Shown piece after piece: positions 34,486 through 43,434 of a stretch of 64,000 bases of DNA. The stretch covers positions 297,306-361,305 of the forward strand of contig CAVUGL010000004.1 in the NCBI GenBank assembly GCA_963740995.1. Reading direction: 5' to 3'. This DNA comes from an uncultured Solirubrobacterales bacterium (GTDB taxonomy: Bacteria; Actinomycetota; Thermoleophilia; Solirubrobacterales; 70-9). Position 1 is the first letter of the stretch. Every line of letters begins with the position of its first letter. The notes below the pieces were generated by a model. It did no database searches. It had not been told where the DNA came from and saw only the letters and a list, made by a program, of their open reading frames with translations. The translations under genes were made by a program, and so were the position numbers.

Positions 34486-36051
34486 CTAGGTGGATCGGCC
34501 TGGTGGCCGCTTGCGCCCCAACCGGCGGCGCCAGTCGCGGGCGGCGAAGAAGTCGCTGATCTTCCGCAGCTGTGCCCGGCGCTTCTCCGAGTAGGGGAAG
34601 TAGAGGGCCTCGCGCTTGGTGATGAGGCGGGAGCTCACGATCGACTCGGGACGGACGAACTTCTTGATCCCGTACTCGCCGTGGCGGAAGCCGATGCCCG
34701 AGTCCTTCCAGCCTCCCATCGGGACGTCCGAGGCGAGGAACCCGACCAGGACGTCGTTGACGTTCGCCGTGCCGACCTCCAGCCGCCGCGCGACCGCCTC
34801 TGCCTCACGCTTCGAGCCGAACACCGACCCCGCCAGTCCGTAGCGGCTGTCATTCGCCAGGCGGACGGCCTCGTCGGCGTCGCGGACCTTCATGATCCCG
34901 ACGACCGGGCCGAAGCTCTCGTCACGCATGATCTTCATCGAGTGGTCGACGCCGGTGAGGACCGTTGGCGGGTACCAGTCGCCGTCGCCCTCGAGACGCT
35001 GGCCGCCGGTTAGGACCGTCGCTCCCGCCTGGCGGGCGTCCTCGACGTGGTCCTCGACGATCTTCGTCTGCGGCGGGAAGGTCATCGCCCCGACGTCCTT
35101 GCCGTGCTCGCGGCCGTCCATTCCCTGGTTGAGATTGCGGACCTCCTCGGTAAAGCGCTGGACGAACTGGTCGTAGACGGGCTCCTCGACGTAGAGCCGC
35201 TCCACGGAGATGCAGACCTGGCCGGCGTTGGCGAAGGCGCCCCAGGTAGCGGCGTTCGCGGCCCTGTCGATGTTGGCACTCCGCAGAACGATCATCGGGT
35301 CCTTCCCCCCGAGCTCGGCGCTCACTGGCGTCAGGGTTTCGGCGGCGCGTGCGAGGACCTTCTTCGCGGTCCGGTCGGAGCCAGTGAACTGGACGAAGTC
35401 GACCTCGTCGACCAGGGCCGAGCCGGTCTCGCCCATACCGTTGACGACGTCGAAGACGTCGGGGGCGCCGATCTCACGCTTCCACCCGTCGACGATCTCG
35501 GCGAGGCCGAGCGGGGTGATCTCCGATGGCTTGATGACGACCGCGCAGCCGGCCATCAGAGCAGGAATCGCATCGCCGAGGGAGAGGATCAGCGGGAAGT
35601 TCCACGGGCTGATCACGCCCACGACGGGATAGGGGCGGTACTGCACTCGCAGTTTCTTCACCTTCATCAACGGGGAGTGCGCGGAGACGCGCTCCTCCCC
35701 GATGTACTTCCCGGCCTTCTTGCCGTAGAAGTTGATGAGGTCCGTCAGGTAGACCGACTCGCCGGCCGCCTCGCCGCGGACCTTGCCGGTTTCCAACTGC
35801 ATGGTGTCGGCGATCTCGTCCTGATGGTCGAGGATCCAGTCGCGCAGCTTGTACAGCCACTGGGCGCGGCCCTTGAGCCCGAGGGCCTCCCAGGCGGGTT
35901 GGTTGGCGCGCACGCGGGCGACCGTCGCGCCGACCTCGGCGGGTCCGTCGAGGGGCACGCTCGTGATGACCGATCCGTCGGCCGGGTTCGTGACCTGGAA
36001 GCTCTCGCGCGAGTCCTTCCGGGCGCTTTCGGTGACGGTGTCGATTGCCAT
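34486..36051 (-). CDS. NAD(P)-dependent aldehyde dehydrogenase
   Basis: The track ORF 34486..37341 is over-extended. The ATG at 36051 gives MAIDTVTESARK...; also FPLILSLGDAIPALMAGCAVVIKPSE, ELGGKDP and FANAGQVCISVER. Confidence 0.88.
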   Translation of the reverse strand: MAIDTVTESARKDSRESFQVTNPADGSVITSVPLDGPAEVGATVARVRANQPAWEALGLKGRAQWLYKLRDWILDHQDEIADTMQLETGKVRGEAAGESVYLTDLINFYGKKAGKYIGEERVSAHSPLMKVKKLRVQYRPYPVVGVISPWNFPLILSLGDAIPALMAGCAVVIKPSEITPLGLAEIVDGWKREIGAPDVFDVVNGMGETGSALVDEVDFVQFTGSDRTAKKVLARAAETLTPVSAELGGKDPMIVLRSANIDRAANAATWGAFANAGQVCISVERLYVEEPVYDQFVQRFTEEVRNLNQGMDGREHGKDVGAMTFPPQTKIVEDHVEDARQAGATVLTGGQRLEGDGDWYPPTVLTGVDHSMKIMRDESFGPVVGIMKVRDADEAVRLANDSRYGLAGSVFGSKREAEAVARRLEVGTANVNDVLVGFLASDVPMGGWKDSGIGFRHGEYGIKKFVRPESIVSSRLITKREALYFPYSEKRRAQLRKISDFFAARDWRRRLGRKRPPGRST

Positions 36052-36147
36052 GCGCACTCCCCTCATAGACCGGATGCTGGGCGGACTGTAGCGCGGACTG
36101 GCTGGCTGGCCAGGAACGCGATGAGCTGGACGGCCCGCGCTGGCAGA

Positions 36148-37404
36148 ATGCGGCCGATGCCCGCGCGAGACACCGGCAAGCCGTTCGTGATCCTCGGTGG
36201 GGGCCTCACCGGGGGCAATGCCGCCGCGACCCTTCGCGACGAAGGATTCGAGGGCCACGTCATCCTGATCAGCGGCGAGCCGGGCGTCCCCTTCGGCCGG
36301 CCTCCGCTCTCGAAGACCTATCTCCGATCGGAAGAGCCTCTCGAGGACTGGTATGTCCGGCCCGCCGAGTGGTACGGCGAGCACGAGGTCGAGAGGCTCG
36401 AGTCGATCGTCGCCGCCGTGGATGCGGACGCGCACAAGGTGGTCCTCGAAACGGGCAAGGAGATCGAATACGAGAAGCTCCTCGTAGCCACGGGTGGGCG
36501 GAACCGGCGGTTCGACGTCCCGGGGGCCGAGCTCGCGGGGATCCATCAGCTTCGGACGTTGGCGGAGTGCGAGGCGATCAAGAGCGAGGCAGTCGCCGAT
36601 CGGCGGGCGGTGGTCGTGGGCATGAGCTTCATCGGCTGCGAGGTGGCGGCCTCCCTCACCGTGCTCGGGATTCGCGTCACCGCGGCCTTCCCGGGGACCG
36701 CTCCTCTCGAGAGGGTCCTGGGCAAGGAGGTCGGCGGGGCGGTCGCGGCATTCCACCGCTCCAACGGGGTCGAACTCCTCCCCGACAGTCAGGTCACGTC
36801 CTTCGAGGGATCCGACCGGGTCGAGGCGGCCATCACCGCCGGCGGGGATCGCATTCCCTGCGATTTCGCGGTGGTCGGCATCGGAATCGAACCGGCCGTG
36901 CCGACCTTCGCCTCGCCGGTGGCGGTCGAGAATGGTGTGCTCGTGGACGAGCTCTGTCGCGCCAGCGCTCCCGACGTCTACGCGGCCGGCGACGTCGCCA
37001 ACCAACTCCACCCGCTCTTTGGACGGGTTCGTGTGGAGCACTACAACAACGGCGAGAAGATGGGGGGCGCCGCTGCGCGGTCGATGCTCGGCTCGACCAC
37101 TCCGTACGACTACGTCCACACCTTCTGGTCCGACCAGTACGAGCACAAGCTCGAGTACGTCGGCCACGCCACCGAGTGGGATCGGTTCGTGATTCGCGGG
37201 AGCCTGGAGGACGGGAAACTGCTCGGTTTCTATATGAAGTCGGGGGTCCTGCTGGCGGCGGTCGGCCTCGACCGCGGTGGTGACCCCGAGCTGGACGAAG
37301 ACTCGGAGATGGCGGCGTGTGCCCGCCTCGTTGGCGCGCAAGCCCGGCCAGAAGCCGCACAGCTCGCCGACGAGGGCGTCGATCTATGGAGCCTTCCGGC
37401 GTAG
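36148..37404 (+). CDS. FAD-dependent pyridine-nucleotide-disulfide oxidoreductase (ferredoxin/rubredoxin reductase type)
   Basis: MRPMPARDTGKPFVILGGGLTGGNAAATLR, RAVVVGMSFIGCEVAASL and VYAAGDVAN. The track ORF is over-extended upstream; the start could be 36121 or 36157. Confidence 0.82.
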   Translation: MRPMPARDTGKPFVILGGGLTGGNAAATLRDEGFEGHVILISGEPGVPFGRPPLSKTYLRSEEPLEDWYVRPAEWYGEHEVERLESIVAAVDADAHKVVLETGKEIEYEKLLVATGGRNRRFDVPGAELAGIHQLRTLAECEAIKSEAVADRRAVVVGMSFIGCEVAASLTVLGIRVTAAFPGTAPLERVLGKEVGGAVAAFHRSNGVELLPDSQVTSFEGSDRVEAAITAGGDRIPCDFAVVGIGIEPAVPTFASPVAVENGVLVDELCRASAPDVYAAGDVANQLHPLFGRVRVEHYNNGEKMGGAAARSMLGSTTPYDYVHTFWSDQYEHKLEYVGHATEWDRFVIRGSLEDGKLLGFYMKSGVLLAAVGLDRGGDPELDEDSEMAACARLVGAQARPEAAQLADEGVDLWSLPA

Positions 37405-37408
37405 CCGG

Positions 37409-38134
37409 CTAGGCGTTCGTGAAGAGAGGGATGTTCGCTCCGCTGGCCGGCGCCAGGGGGCTGTCCAGCAGGGAGACGATCAGGTCGGCGACCTGGTCGG
37501 CCGTGACGCCTGGCCGGAGGTCGGGATTGGCTCGGCGAAGCATCTCGGTGTCGACGGCGCCCGGGCTGATGCAGATGGCGCTGATCCCCTCCTCCTTTCC
37601 CTCGACGGCGATCGCCTCAGTCAGCCCGACGACCCCGTACTTCGAGACGTTGTATGCCGCCAGCCCGGGGAACTTCTCGGTGGCGTAGACACCGGAGAGC
37701 GAGGCGATGTTGACGATTCGCCCTCCGCCCGACCGCCGCATCGCGATGAACGCCCCCCGGCAACAGAGGAAGCAGCCGGTCAGGTTCACATCGAGGGTCT
37801 TCGCCCAAGCTTCAGGAGTCAAGTCGGCAAACGGCACCGGATCCAGGGCGCCCGCCGCACACACCAGTGCGCCGAGATTCCCGATCTCCTCGACCCTGGC
37901 GAACAGCCGCTCCACCTCGTCGGCTCGGCTGACGTCGGCCGGCTCCGGTGTCGCCTCGCCGCCGGCCTCGCGAATCCGTTCGGCGAGTTGGTCGAGTGCC
38001 TCGGTGTCCCGCGCGGCAAGCACTGCGTGGGCGCCAGCCGCCGCAACCGCCTCGGCAGTGGCAGCTCCAATGCCCCCGCTGGCCCCCGTCACCACGGCCA
38101 GCCGTCCCGCGAGCCAATGCCGAGCCTCAGCCAC
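37409..38134 (-). CDS. classical short-chain dehydrogenase/reductase
   Basis: 241 aa: LAVVTGASGGIGAATA, NIASLSG, YNVSKYG (YxxxK). Confidence 0.88.
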   Translation of the reverse strand: MAEARHWLAGRLAVVTGASGGIGAATAEAVAAAGAHAVLAARDTEALDQLAERIREAGGEATPEPADVSRADEVERLFARVEEIGNLGALVCAAGALDPVPFADLTPEAWAKTLDVNLTGCFLCCRGAFIAMRRSGGGRIVNIASLSGVYATEKFPGLAAYNVSKYGVVGLTEAIAVEGKEEGISAICISPGAVDTEMLRRANPDLRPGVTADQVADLIVSLLDSPLAPASGANIPLFTNA

Positions 38135-39218
38135 GAACGGCGGCCCCGGTCGCAGGGGCGACGACTCGACGGTAGATCTGCTCGTGAGCGTCGAGACTCC
38201 GTTCGAGATCCAGACCGCGCGTCGCGTGGGCGCGGCAGGCGGCGCGGGACAGCCGGCTAGCCCTGTCGACGGCGTCGGCCGCCGAGCCGATGTCGCCGGG
38301 GGCGACCAGGAAGCCGGTCACCCCATCCACGACGACCTCCCCGATCGCGCCGCGCTCGAAGGCGACGACGGGGGTCCCGCAAGCCTGCGCCTCGGCGGCG
38401 ACCATGCCGAACGGCTCATCCCAGCCGGCAGGGCAGAGAACGACAGTGGCTCGCGCCATCGCCTCCCAGAGAGCCGTTCGCGGCACCGCCGGATGAAGGC
38501 TGACGCCCGGATCATCACCCCGCGAGTGGATCCGCTCGGCGTAGTCGGCGTCGTAGCTGTCGCCGTAGAGGTCGATCCCGACGCCGGCCGCCTGGGCGAT
38601 GTCGATGGCCTCCGCGGCACCCTTCTCAGGACTCAACCTGCCGGCGAACACGGCGCCGACTGCGGCTGTCCGGGACCACCGGATGAGAGCGGTCGGGACG
38701 TAGGACGGAAGAATCGCGTCGACCGGGACGACTCGTCGCCAGGCCCTCTCCTGGAAAGCGGACACGGTCGCCACCGCCGGCGGCACGTCATCGCTCGCGG
38801 CGCGGCGGAGCGCGGCGGAAACCGCATCATCGGGAGGTAGATGGAGCGTGTGGACGACGGGCGCAGGCAGCGCCGTGGCCAGGCTGATCGCCGGCGCATC
38901 GAAGGCGTGATTGTGGATCACGTCGTACCGGCTCTCTCGCACTGCCGAATAGACGGCAGCAAAGGCGTCCTCCGCCGCGGCCGAATCGGCGGCGCCGCCG
39001 CGGGAGGCCCGGTACAGGCTGGAGCTCAGGACCCGGGGATCGACGCCGACGTCGACCACCGTCACTCCCGGCACGTCCGATCCGGATGCGGCGTAGAGCG
39101 TCACCTCCGCTCCGCGGTCGATCAGCCCACGGGCAAGATCGCAGATGAAAGCCTGTGACCCACCGCGCTGTGGCTCGCGGATGGGGGCGACGAGCGGGGC
39201 GATGAGGGCGAGTCTCAT
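38127..39218 (-). CDS. GT4-family glycosyltransferase
   Basis: 363 aa: MRLALIAPLVAPIREPQRGGSQAF and EPFGMVAAEAQACGTPVVAFERGAIGEVV. Confidence 0.85.
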   Translation of the reverse strand: MRLALIAPLVAPIREPQRGGSQAFICDLARGLIDRGAEVTLYAASGSDVPGVTVVDVGVDPRVLSSSLYRASRGGAADSAAAEDAFAAVYSAVRESRYDVIHNHAFDAPAISLATALPAPVVHTLHLPPDDAVSAALRRAASDDVPPAVATVSAFQERAWRRVVPVDAILPSYVPTALIRWSRTAAVGAVFAGRLSPEKGAAEAIDIAQAAGVGIDLYGDSYDADYAERIHSRGDDPGVSLHPAVPRTALWEAMARATVVLCPAGWDEPFGMVAAEAQACGTPVVAFERGAIGEVVVDGVTGFLVAPGDIGSAADAVDRASRLSRAACRAHATRGLDLERSLDAHEQIYRRVVAPATGAAVRG

Positions 39219-40003
39219 CGTGGCAGCACCTTGTAGGTGAGATCGCGCGGCGGGTTGACCCCGAGCAGGTCGAACGGGACCCGCCTTCCGCCATGCCGGC
39301 GAACCGCAGACAGCGCTCCGGGATAGAAGATCGCCGTGAGTTCAACGGCCTCCTCAGGGCTCGCGAACTCGACGAACATCTCACCGGGGAAGCTCTCATA
39401 GCGATACCCACGGGCGGATAGCCAGCGGACGTTGTTCGGCCAGACGATGATCACGGAACCGCCAGGCCGGCAGACGCGCTCCATCTCGGCCAGGCCGGCC
39501 TCACCCCCATGGCTCTCGTCCCGGGTGAACGCCGAGCAGGCGACGACAAGGTCGGCGGAGTCGTCCGCTACGGGCAGCTCGTCGAAGAAGCCGTGAGCTA
39601 CACGGACGCGATCACCCTGCTGGGCCTCTGCAAGGTTCCGACGGAGAACGCAGCGCAGCGGCTCGGCGGGCTCGATCGCAATGACCTCCCGGGCGTGCCT
39701 CGAGAGCTCAAGCGTCAACCGACCAGTGCCCGCCCCGACCTCGACAATCCGCCCGAGCTCGCGCGGCAGCCACCGCAGCACCTCTGGGTGGAGTCGCTCC
39801 GCCCTGACGAGCCGATCGTAGAGCTCCGGCTCGAGTCGATAGAGAAGCTCCCAGGCGAGAGCGAGGTCAGCCTGCGGGTTCCCCACGCCTTCGGGGATGA
39901 ATCGCCTCGCCTCGTCCTCAGTGAGGACACGAAGGTCCGCGGGTGTGTAGCGCTTTCGCACCTCTCGACGCCGCCGTCGCGGCGTCTCAGACGTGATCAC
40001 CAA
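39215..40003 (-). CDS. class I SAM-dependent methyltransferase
   Basis: 262 aa with motif I IVEVGAGTGRLTLEL and motif post-I VIAIEPA. Confidence 0.82.
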   Translation of the reverse strand: MVITSETPRRRRREVRKRYTPADLRVLTEDEARRFIPEGVGNPQADLALAWELLYRLEPELYDRLVRAERLHPEVLRWLPRELGRIVEVGAGTGRLTLELSRHAREVIAIEPAEPLRCVLRRNLAEAQQGDRVRVAHGFFDELPVADDSADLVVACSAFTRDESHGGEAGLAEMERVCRPGGSVIIVWPNNVRWLSARGYRYESFPGEMFVEFASPEEAVELTAIFYPGALSAVRRHGGRRVPFDLLGVNPPRDLTYKVLPR

Positions 40004-40461
40004 CTTCGGCCCAGTTCTTGTCTGTCTCCCAAAGCCGAACCGTGTGCAACTGGCCCTCGGGTAGCTCTGAGCGGATCCTCTCCCAGAAGGCGAGGGCCAG
40101 ATTCTCGGCGGTCGGGATCAGCTCCACGCAGCCACGGAACGTCCCTGTTCAGATTGCGGTGGTCAACGTCCTGGATCACTCGCCGCTGGATCACATCGGA
40201 GAGGTGCTTCAGGTCCAGGACGTAGCCGGTGCCGGCTTGGATCTCGCCGGCAACCACCACCTCGAGGACGTAGTTGTGCCCGTGCAGACGCACGCACTTC
40301 CCGAAGAGACGTTCGTTCTCCTCGTCGGATCTCGCAGGGTCGTACAGCTGATGCGCGGCGTTGAAGGTCTCGCGACGGCTCACCTTCGCGATGGTCGCAC
40401 CCCTGCTCGCTTGCTCGCCCTCGACGGCGGCATCCCGCTCCCTCAGATCCTGATAGGCCAC
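39987..40461 (-). pseudogene. queD: 6-carboxy-tetrahydropterin / 6-pyruvoyl-tetrahydropterin synthase (QueD/PTPS family), C-terminal frameshift
   Basis: RRETFNAAHQLY, CVRLHGHNYVLEV (CxxxHGH) and DHRNLNRDVPWL. After about 40121 the conserved tail LIPTAENLALAFWERIRSELPEGQLHTVRLWETDKNWAEV is in the +1 frame. The start is uncertain (40461 or 40383). Confidence 0.7.
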
Positions 40462-40606
40462 TTGCGCTCTCCTCACTCGTTCCTCCACGATCGTACTTCG
40501 TCCTGCTTGTGCCGATCTGCACTCTCGACCGCTTGGAGCAACCCTCGCGCGCGATTTTCGACAGAGGGCCAAAGACTGCGCGCCCGGGCGTGTCTACCGT
40601 GCTCAT

Positions 40607-40618
40607 CGACAGCTGTCG
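40607..40618. promoter_or_regulatory. perfect 12-bp palindrome CGACAGCTGTCG upstream of the PII gene
   Basis: Read directly from the sequence. It lies 22 bp upstream of GTG 40640. Confidence 0.35.
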
Positions 40619-40639
40619 CCGTCCCCGGGGGGAGTCCCT

Positions 40640-41026
40640 GTGAAGAAAATCGAGGCCTTCATCCGCCATGAGGCGTTCGAGCCGATTCGCTCGGAGCTGC
40701 TCGACAAGGGCTTCCCGTCGCTCTCGATCTCCGAGGTGAAGGGGTCCGGCAGGCAGAAGGGACTCGTGGAGGCCTACCGGGGTTCCTCCCTGACCGTCTC
40801 CGTGCGGCCGAAGCTCAAGCTCGAGGTGGTCGTCTCGGACGGCGACACGGGAACCGTCGTCGAGACCATCATCAGGCACGCCCGCTCCGGTGAGATCGGT
40901 GACGGCAAGGTCTTCGTCCTGCCGGTGGAGGAGGCGATCCGGATTCGCACCGGCGAGGAGGGCGAGATCGTTCTCCAGGCCCACAGCGAGCAGGAGATCG
41001 CGGCCGGAGCGGCGGCCGAGGAATGA
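40640..41026 (+). CDS. P-II family nitrogen/energy signal-transduction protein
   Basis: 128 aa: MKKIEAFIRHEAFEPI, T-loop SEVKGSGRQKGLVEAYRGS, and GEIGDGKVFVLPVEEAIRIRTGEEG. GTG start with SD gggggag. Confidence 0.88.
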   Translation: MKKIEAFIRHEAFEPIRSELLDKGFPSLSISEVKGSGRQKGLVEAYRGSSLTVSVRPKLKLEVVVSDGDTGTVVETIIRHARSGEIGDGKVFVLPVEEAIRIRTGEEGEIVLQAHSEQEIAAGAAAEE

Positions 41027-42192
41027 CGATGCGCGAGCTCAGCACCCGCATGATCGAGGCCGTCCTCGATGGCGAGGGGCTGCAGGGCGTGGCCGAGCTG
41101 GCCGCCGCGGAGGCCGGTGGCCCGGTGGCGATCGTCCTGCCTCCGCGCGGACTGGCGGCCCGCGCACCGGGCGGCGGCGAGCTCAACGGCCTCGCCGAGT
41201 ACGCAAAGGCCCGCATCGCCGAGACGGAAGCCAGCGCGCCTCACCCGATCGCTCTCGAGCGCTCGATTGAGGCCGGTGGACAGGTCGTTGGCGTGGTCCT
41301 GCTGCTCGAGTCGGATTCGGAGAATGGCGACGTTCCGGTGCTGGTCGATTGCGACGAGGTTCTCAGGGCGGCCTCGCTGGCGGCGCTCGCCGAGGTCGCG
41401 GTCGCCGACGCCCGCGACGACGCTGAGCGAAAGTTGCGAGGGGGCCTGATCGAAGAGTTGCGGGCGCGCGAGATCGAGACGGCCGAGGCCACCAGCAAGG
41501 CGGCCAGGCTCGGCTGCGACCTGGCCCGCGGGGCGATCGCGCTGGTGGCGGAGATCGAGTCCGCCAGCCCGAGCCACGCGACCGCGCTGCTCGAGGCGGA
41601 GTACGAGGGATCGCTCGCCGAGCTGGCCGAGGGCAGGCTCTACGCAATCCTGCCGGCCCGCGGCGGCGATGATGCGCCGGAGAAGACGCTGCAGGGTGCC
41701 GGCCGGATCGCGGGCCGCCTCCGCAGGCACGGGATGGCCGCTGTCTCCTCCTTCTATCCGGATCCGGGAGAGCTGCATCGAGCGATCAAGGAGGCCGAGC
41801 TGGTGCTCGACGTGATCGCGCGCGAGCCCGCGATCGCCGAGGCACTCGATGAGGGCATCGCGGCCAGTGGCGTGTACCGGCTCCTCTTCCGGGCACTGAT
41901 CTCCGACCCCGAGGAGGTGCGGAGCTTCTATCGCGACACGGTGGAGCCGCTGGTCCGCTACGACAATCAGTACCGCTCGGACCTGCTCGGGACGCTCGAG
42001 GAGTACCTGGCGAGTGACTGCAACATGAATGCGACGGCGCGAGCGATCTTCGCCCATCGCCACACGGTCGCCTACCGGCTCGAGCGCGTGAAGGAGCTGA
42101 GCGGGCTGGATCCGCAGATCTCCGAGGATCGCGAGCGGCTCGGCCTCGGGATCAAGGCCTACCGGATCCTCGCCCCGGCTCTGCCCCGCTAG
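41023..42192 (+). CDS. PucR/CdaR-family transcriptional regulator
   Basis: 389 aa with C-terminal HTH NATARAIFAHRHTVAYRLERVKELSGLDP. ATGA overlap with the PII stop. Confidence 0.82.
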   Translation: MTMRELSTRMIEAVLDGEGLQGVAELAAAEAGGPVAIVLPPRGLAARAPGGGELNGLAEYAKARIAETEASAPHPIALERSIEAGGQVVGVVLLLESDSENGDVPVLVDCDEVLRAASLAALAEVAVADARDDAERKLRGGLIEELRAREIETAEATSKAARLGCDLARGAIALVAEIESASPSHATALLEAEYEGSLAELAEGRLYAILPARGGDDAPEKTLQGAGRIAGRLRRHGMAAVSSFYPDPGELHRAIKEAELVLDVIAREPAIAEALDEGIAASGVYRLLFRALISDPEEVRSFYRDTVEPLVRYDNQYRSDLLGTLEEYLASDCNMNATARAIFAHRHTVAYRLERVKELSGLDPQISEDRERLGLGIKAYRILAPALPR

Positions 42193-43376
42193 AGCTCCTT
42201 GCGGACAGGGACGAGCCGGAAGACCGAACCCAGCGTGGGCTTGCCGTGCCGGTGCGGCCCCTTCAGCGTGAGCACGTAGATGCGGCCACCATTGTCCACA
42301 CCGAGGGAGGTCAGATTGCTGAACCTGAAGCGGAAGCTCCGCAGCTTGCCCGCGCGGCGCCCGGGGCGGGGCCGAAAGGCGAACAGCTTCCCGGAGCAGC
42401 GCACGCCGTAGAGATAGCTGCCGTTCAGCTCCCGGCCGCGGATTCGCGTGAGCCGCGGGTCCCGGACCAGGTAGCCGCCGATCACCGCGCAGCCGCGCCG
42501 ACGCGGAAAAGCGATCGCCGGGAAGGTCGCCTGGGTTCTGGGCAGCCCGCCGTGCAGGACGACGAAGCCGTCGTACGCCGGCCAGCCGAAGTTCGCGCCC
42601 CTCGCCCTGTCGATCGGCAGGTACTCGATCTCCTCGTAGCGCTCGTCGCCGACGTCGGCGATACCCACCGAGTGGGAGACGCGATCAAAGGAGATCCTGC
42701 GCGGATCGCCGAGCCCCGATGCCCAGATCTCGGCGCTGCCCGGCCTGGAGGGATTGATCCTCAGGATCTTGCCCCGCTGCTGCCCCGGGTTCTGCGCGAC
42801 GCCCCCGGGATCCCCGGGCGCCGAGCCGTCCCCGGTGCCGATGTACAGACCGCCGTCCGGCCCGAAGGTGATGAAGCCGCCGTGACGCTCGGGCCTCGAC
42901 TCCGGGACGGTGAGGACCGCCTCCCCCGAGGACCTGTCGGCCACCAGGGGGTTCGCGGCGCTGCGGCTGTAGCGGGCGACCACCAGCTGGTCCCGATGAT
43001 CCGTGTAGGCGACGTAGAAGAGCCCGGACTGCGCGTAGTCCGGCGAGAAGGCGATGGAGGTCATGCCGCCGTCCGCGCCGCCGCCGCCCTGCTTGACCAG
43101 GTTCGAGATCTTGAGAAACGGCCGGGGGAGGAGCCGATCCGAGGCCAGGACCCGGACGGTCCCCTGCCTCTGCACGACGTAGAGCTGTGAGCCTGGCCCC
43201 GGGGGCTGGGTCAGGTAGACCGGCTCCTTGAGCCGGGCGATGCGGTCCAGCTTGATGAACTTCGGCCCGAGGCTTCTCGATGCCTCGCGGGTGGCGATCC
43301 CGACGATGCCGGCCGCGATTGCGACCAGCGCGGCGATCGCGGTCTCGATCCGGCGGCGGTTGAGCGAAGACGGCAT
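42189..43376 (-). CDS. PQQ-dependent sugar dehydrogenase (soluble glucose/sorbosone dehydrogenase beta-propeller), paralog 1
   Basis: 395 aa with an N-terminal TM segment: HGGFITFGPDGGLYIGTGDGS, QRGKILRI, IWASGLGDPRRISFD, NFGWPAYDG. Confidence 0.82.
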   Translation of the reverse strand: MPSSLNRRRIETAIAALVAIAAGIVGIATREASRSLGPKFIKLDRIARLKEPVYLTQPPGPGSQLYVVQRQGTVRVLASDRLLPRPFLKISNLVKQGGGGADGGMTSIAFSPDYAQSGLFYVAYTDHRDQLVVARYSRSAANPLVADRSSGEAVLTVPESRPERHGGFITFGPDGGLYIGTGDGSAPGDPGGVAQNPGQQRGKILRINPSRPGSAEIWASGLGDPRRISFDRVSHSVGIADVGDERYEEIEYLPIDRARGANFGWPAYDGFVVLHGGLPRTQATFPAIAFPRRRGCAVIGGYLVRDPRLTRIRGRELNGSYLYGVRCSGKLFAFRPRPGRRAGKLRSFRFRFSNLTSLGVDNGGRIYVLTLKGPHRHGKPTLGSVFRLVPVRKEL

Positions 43377-43434
43377 TCCAGGTCCCGGGCGGGCGAGCGC
43401 AGGTTAGTGGTGTGTCAGGGGCGCCCGGGCGGGC

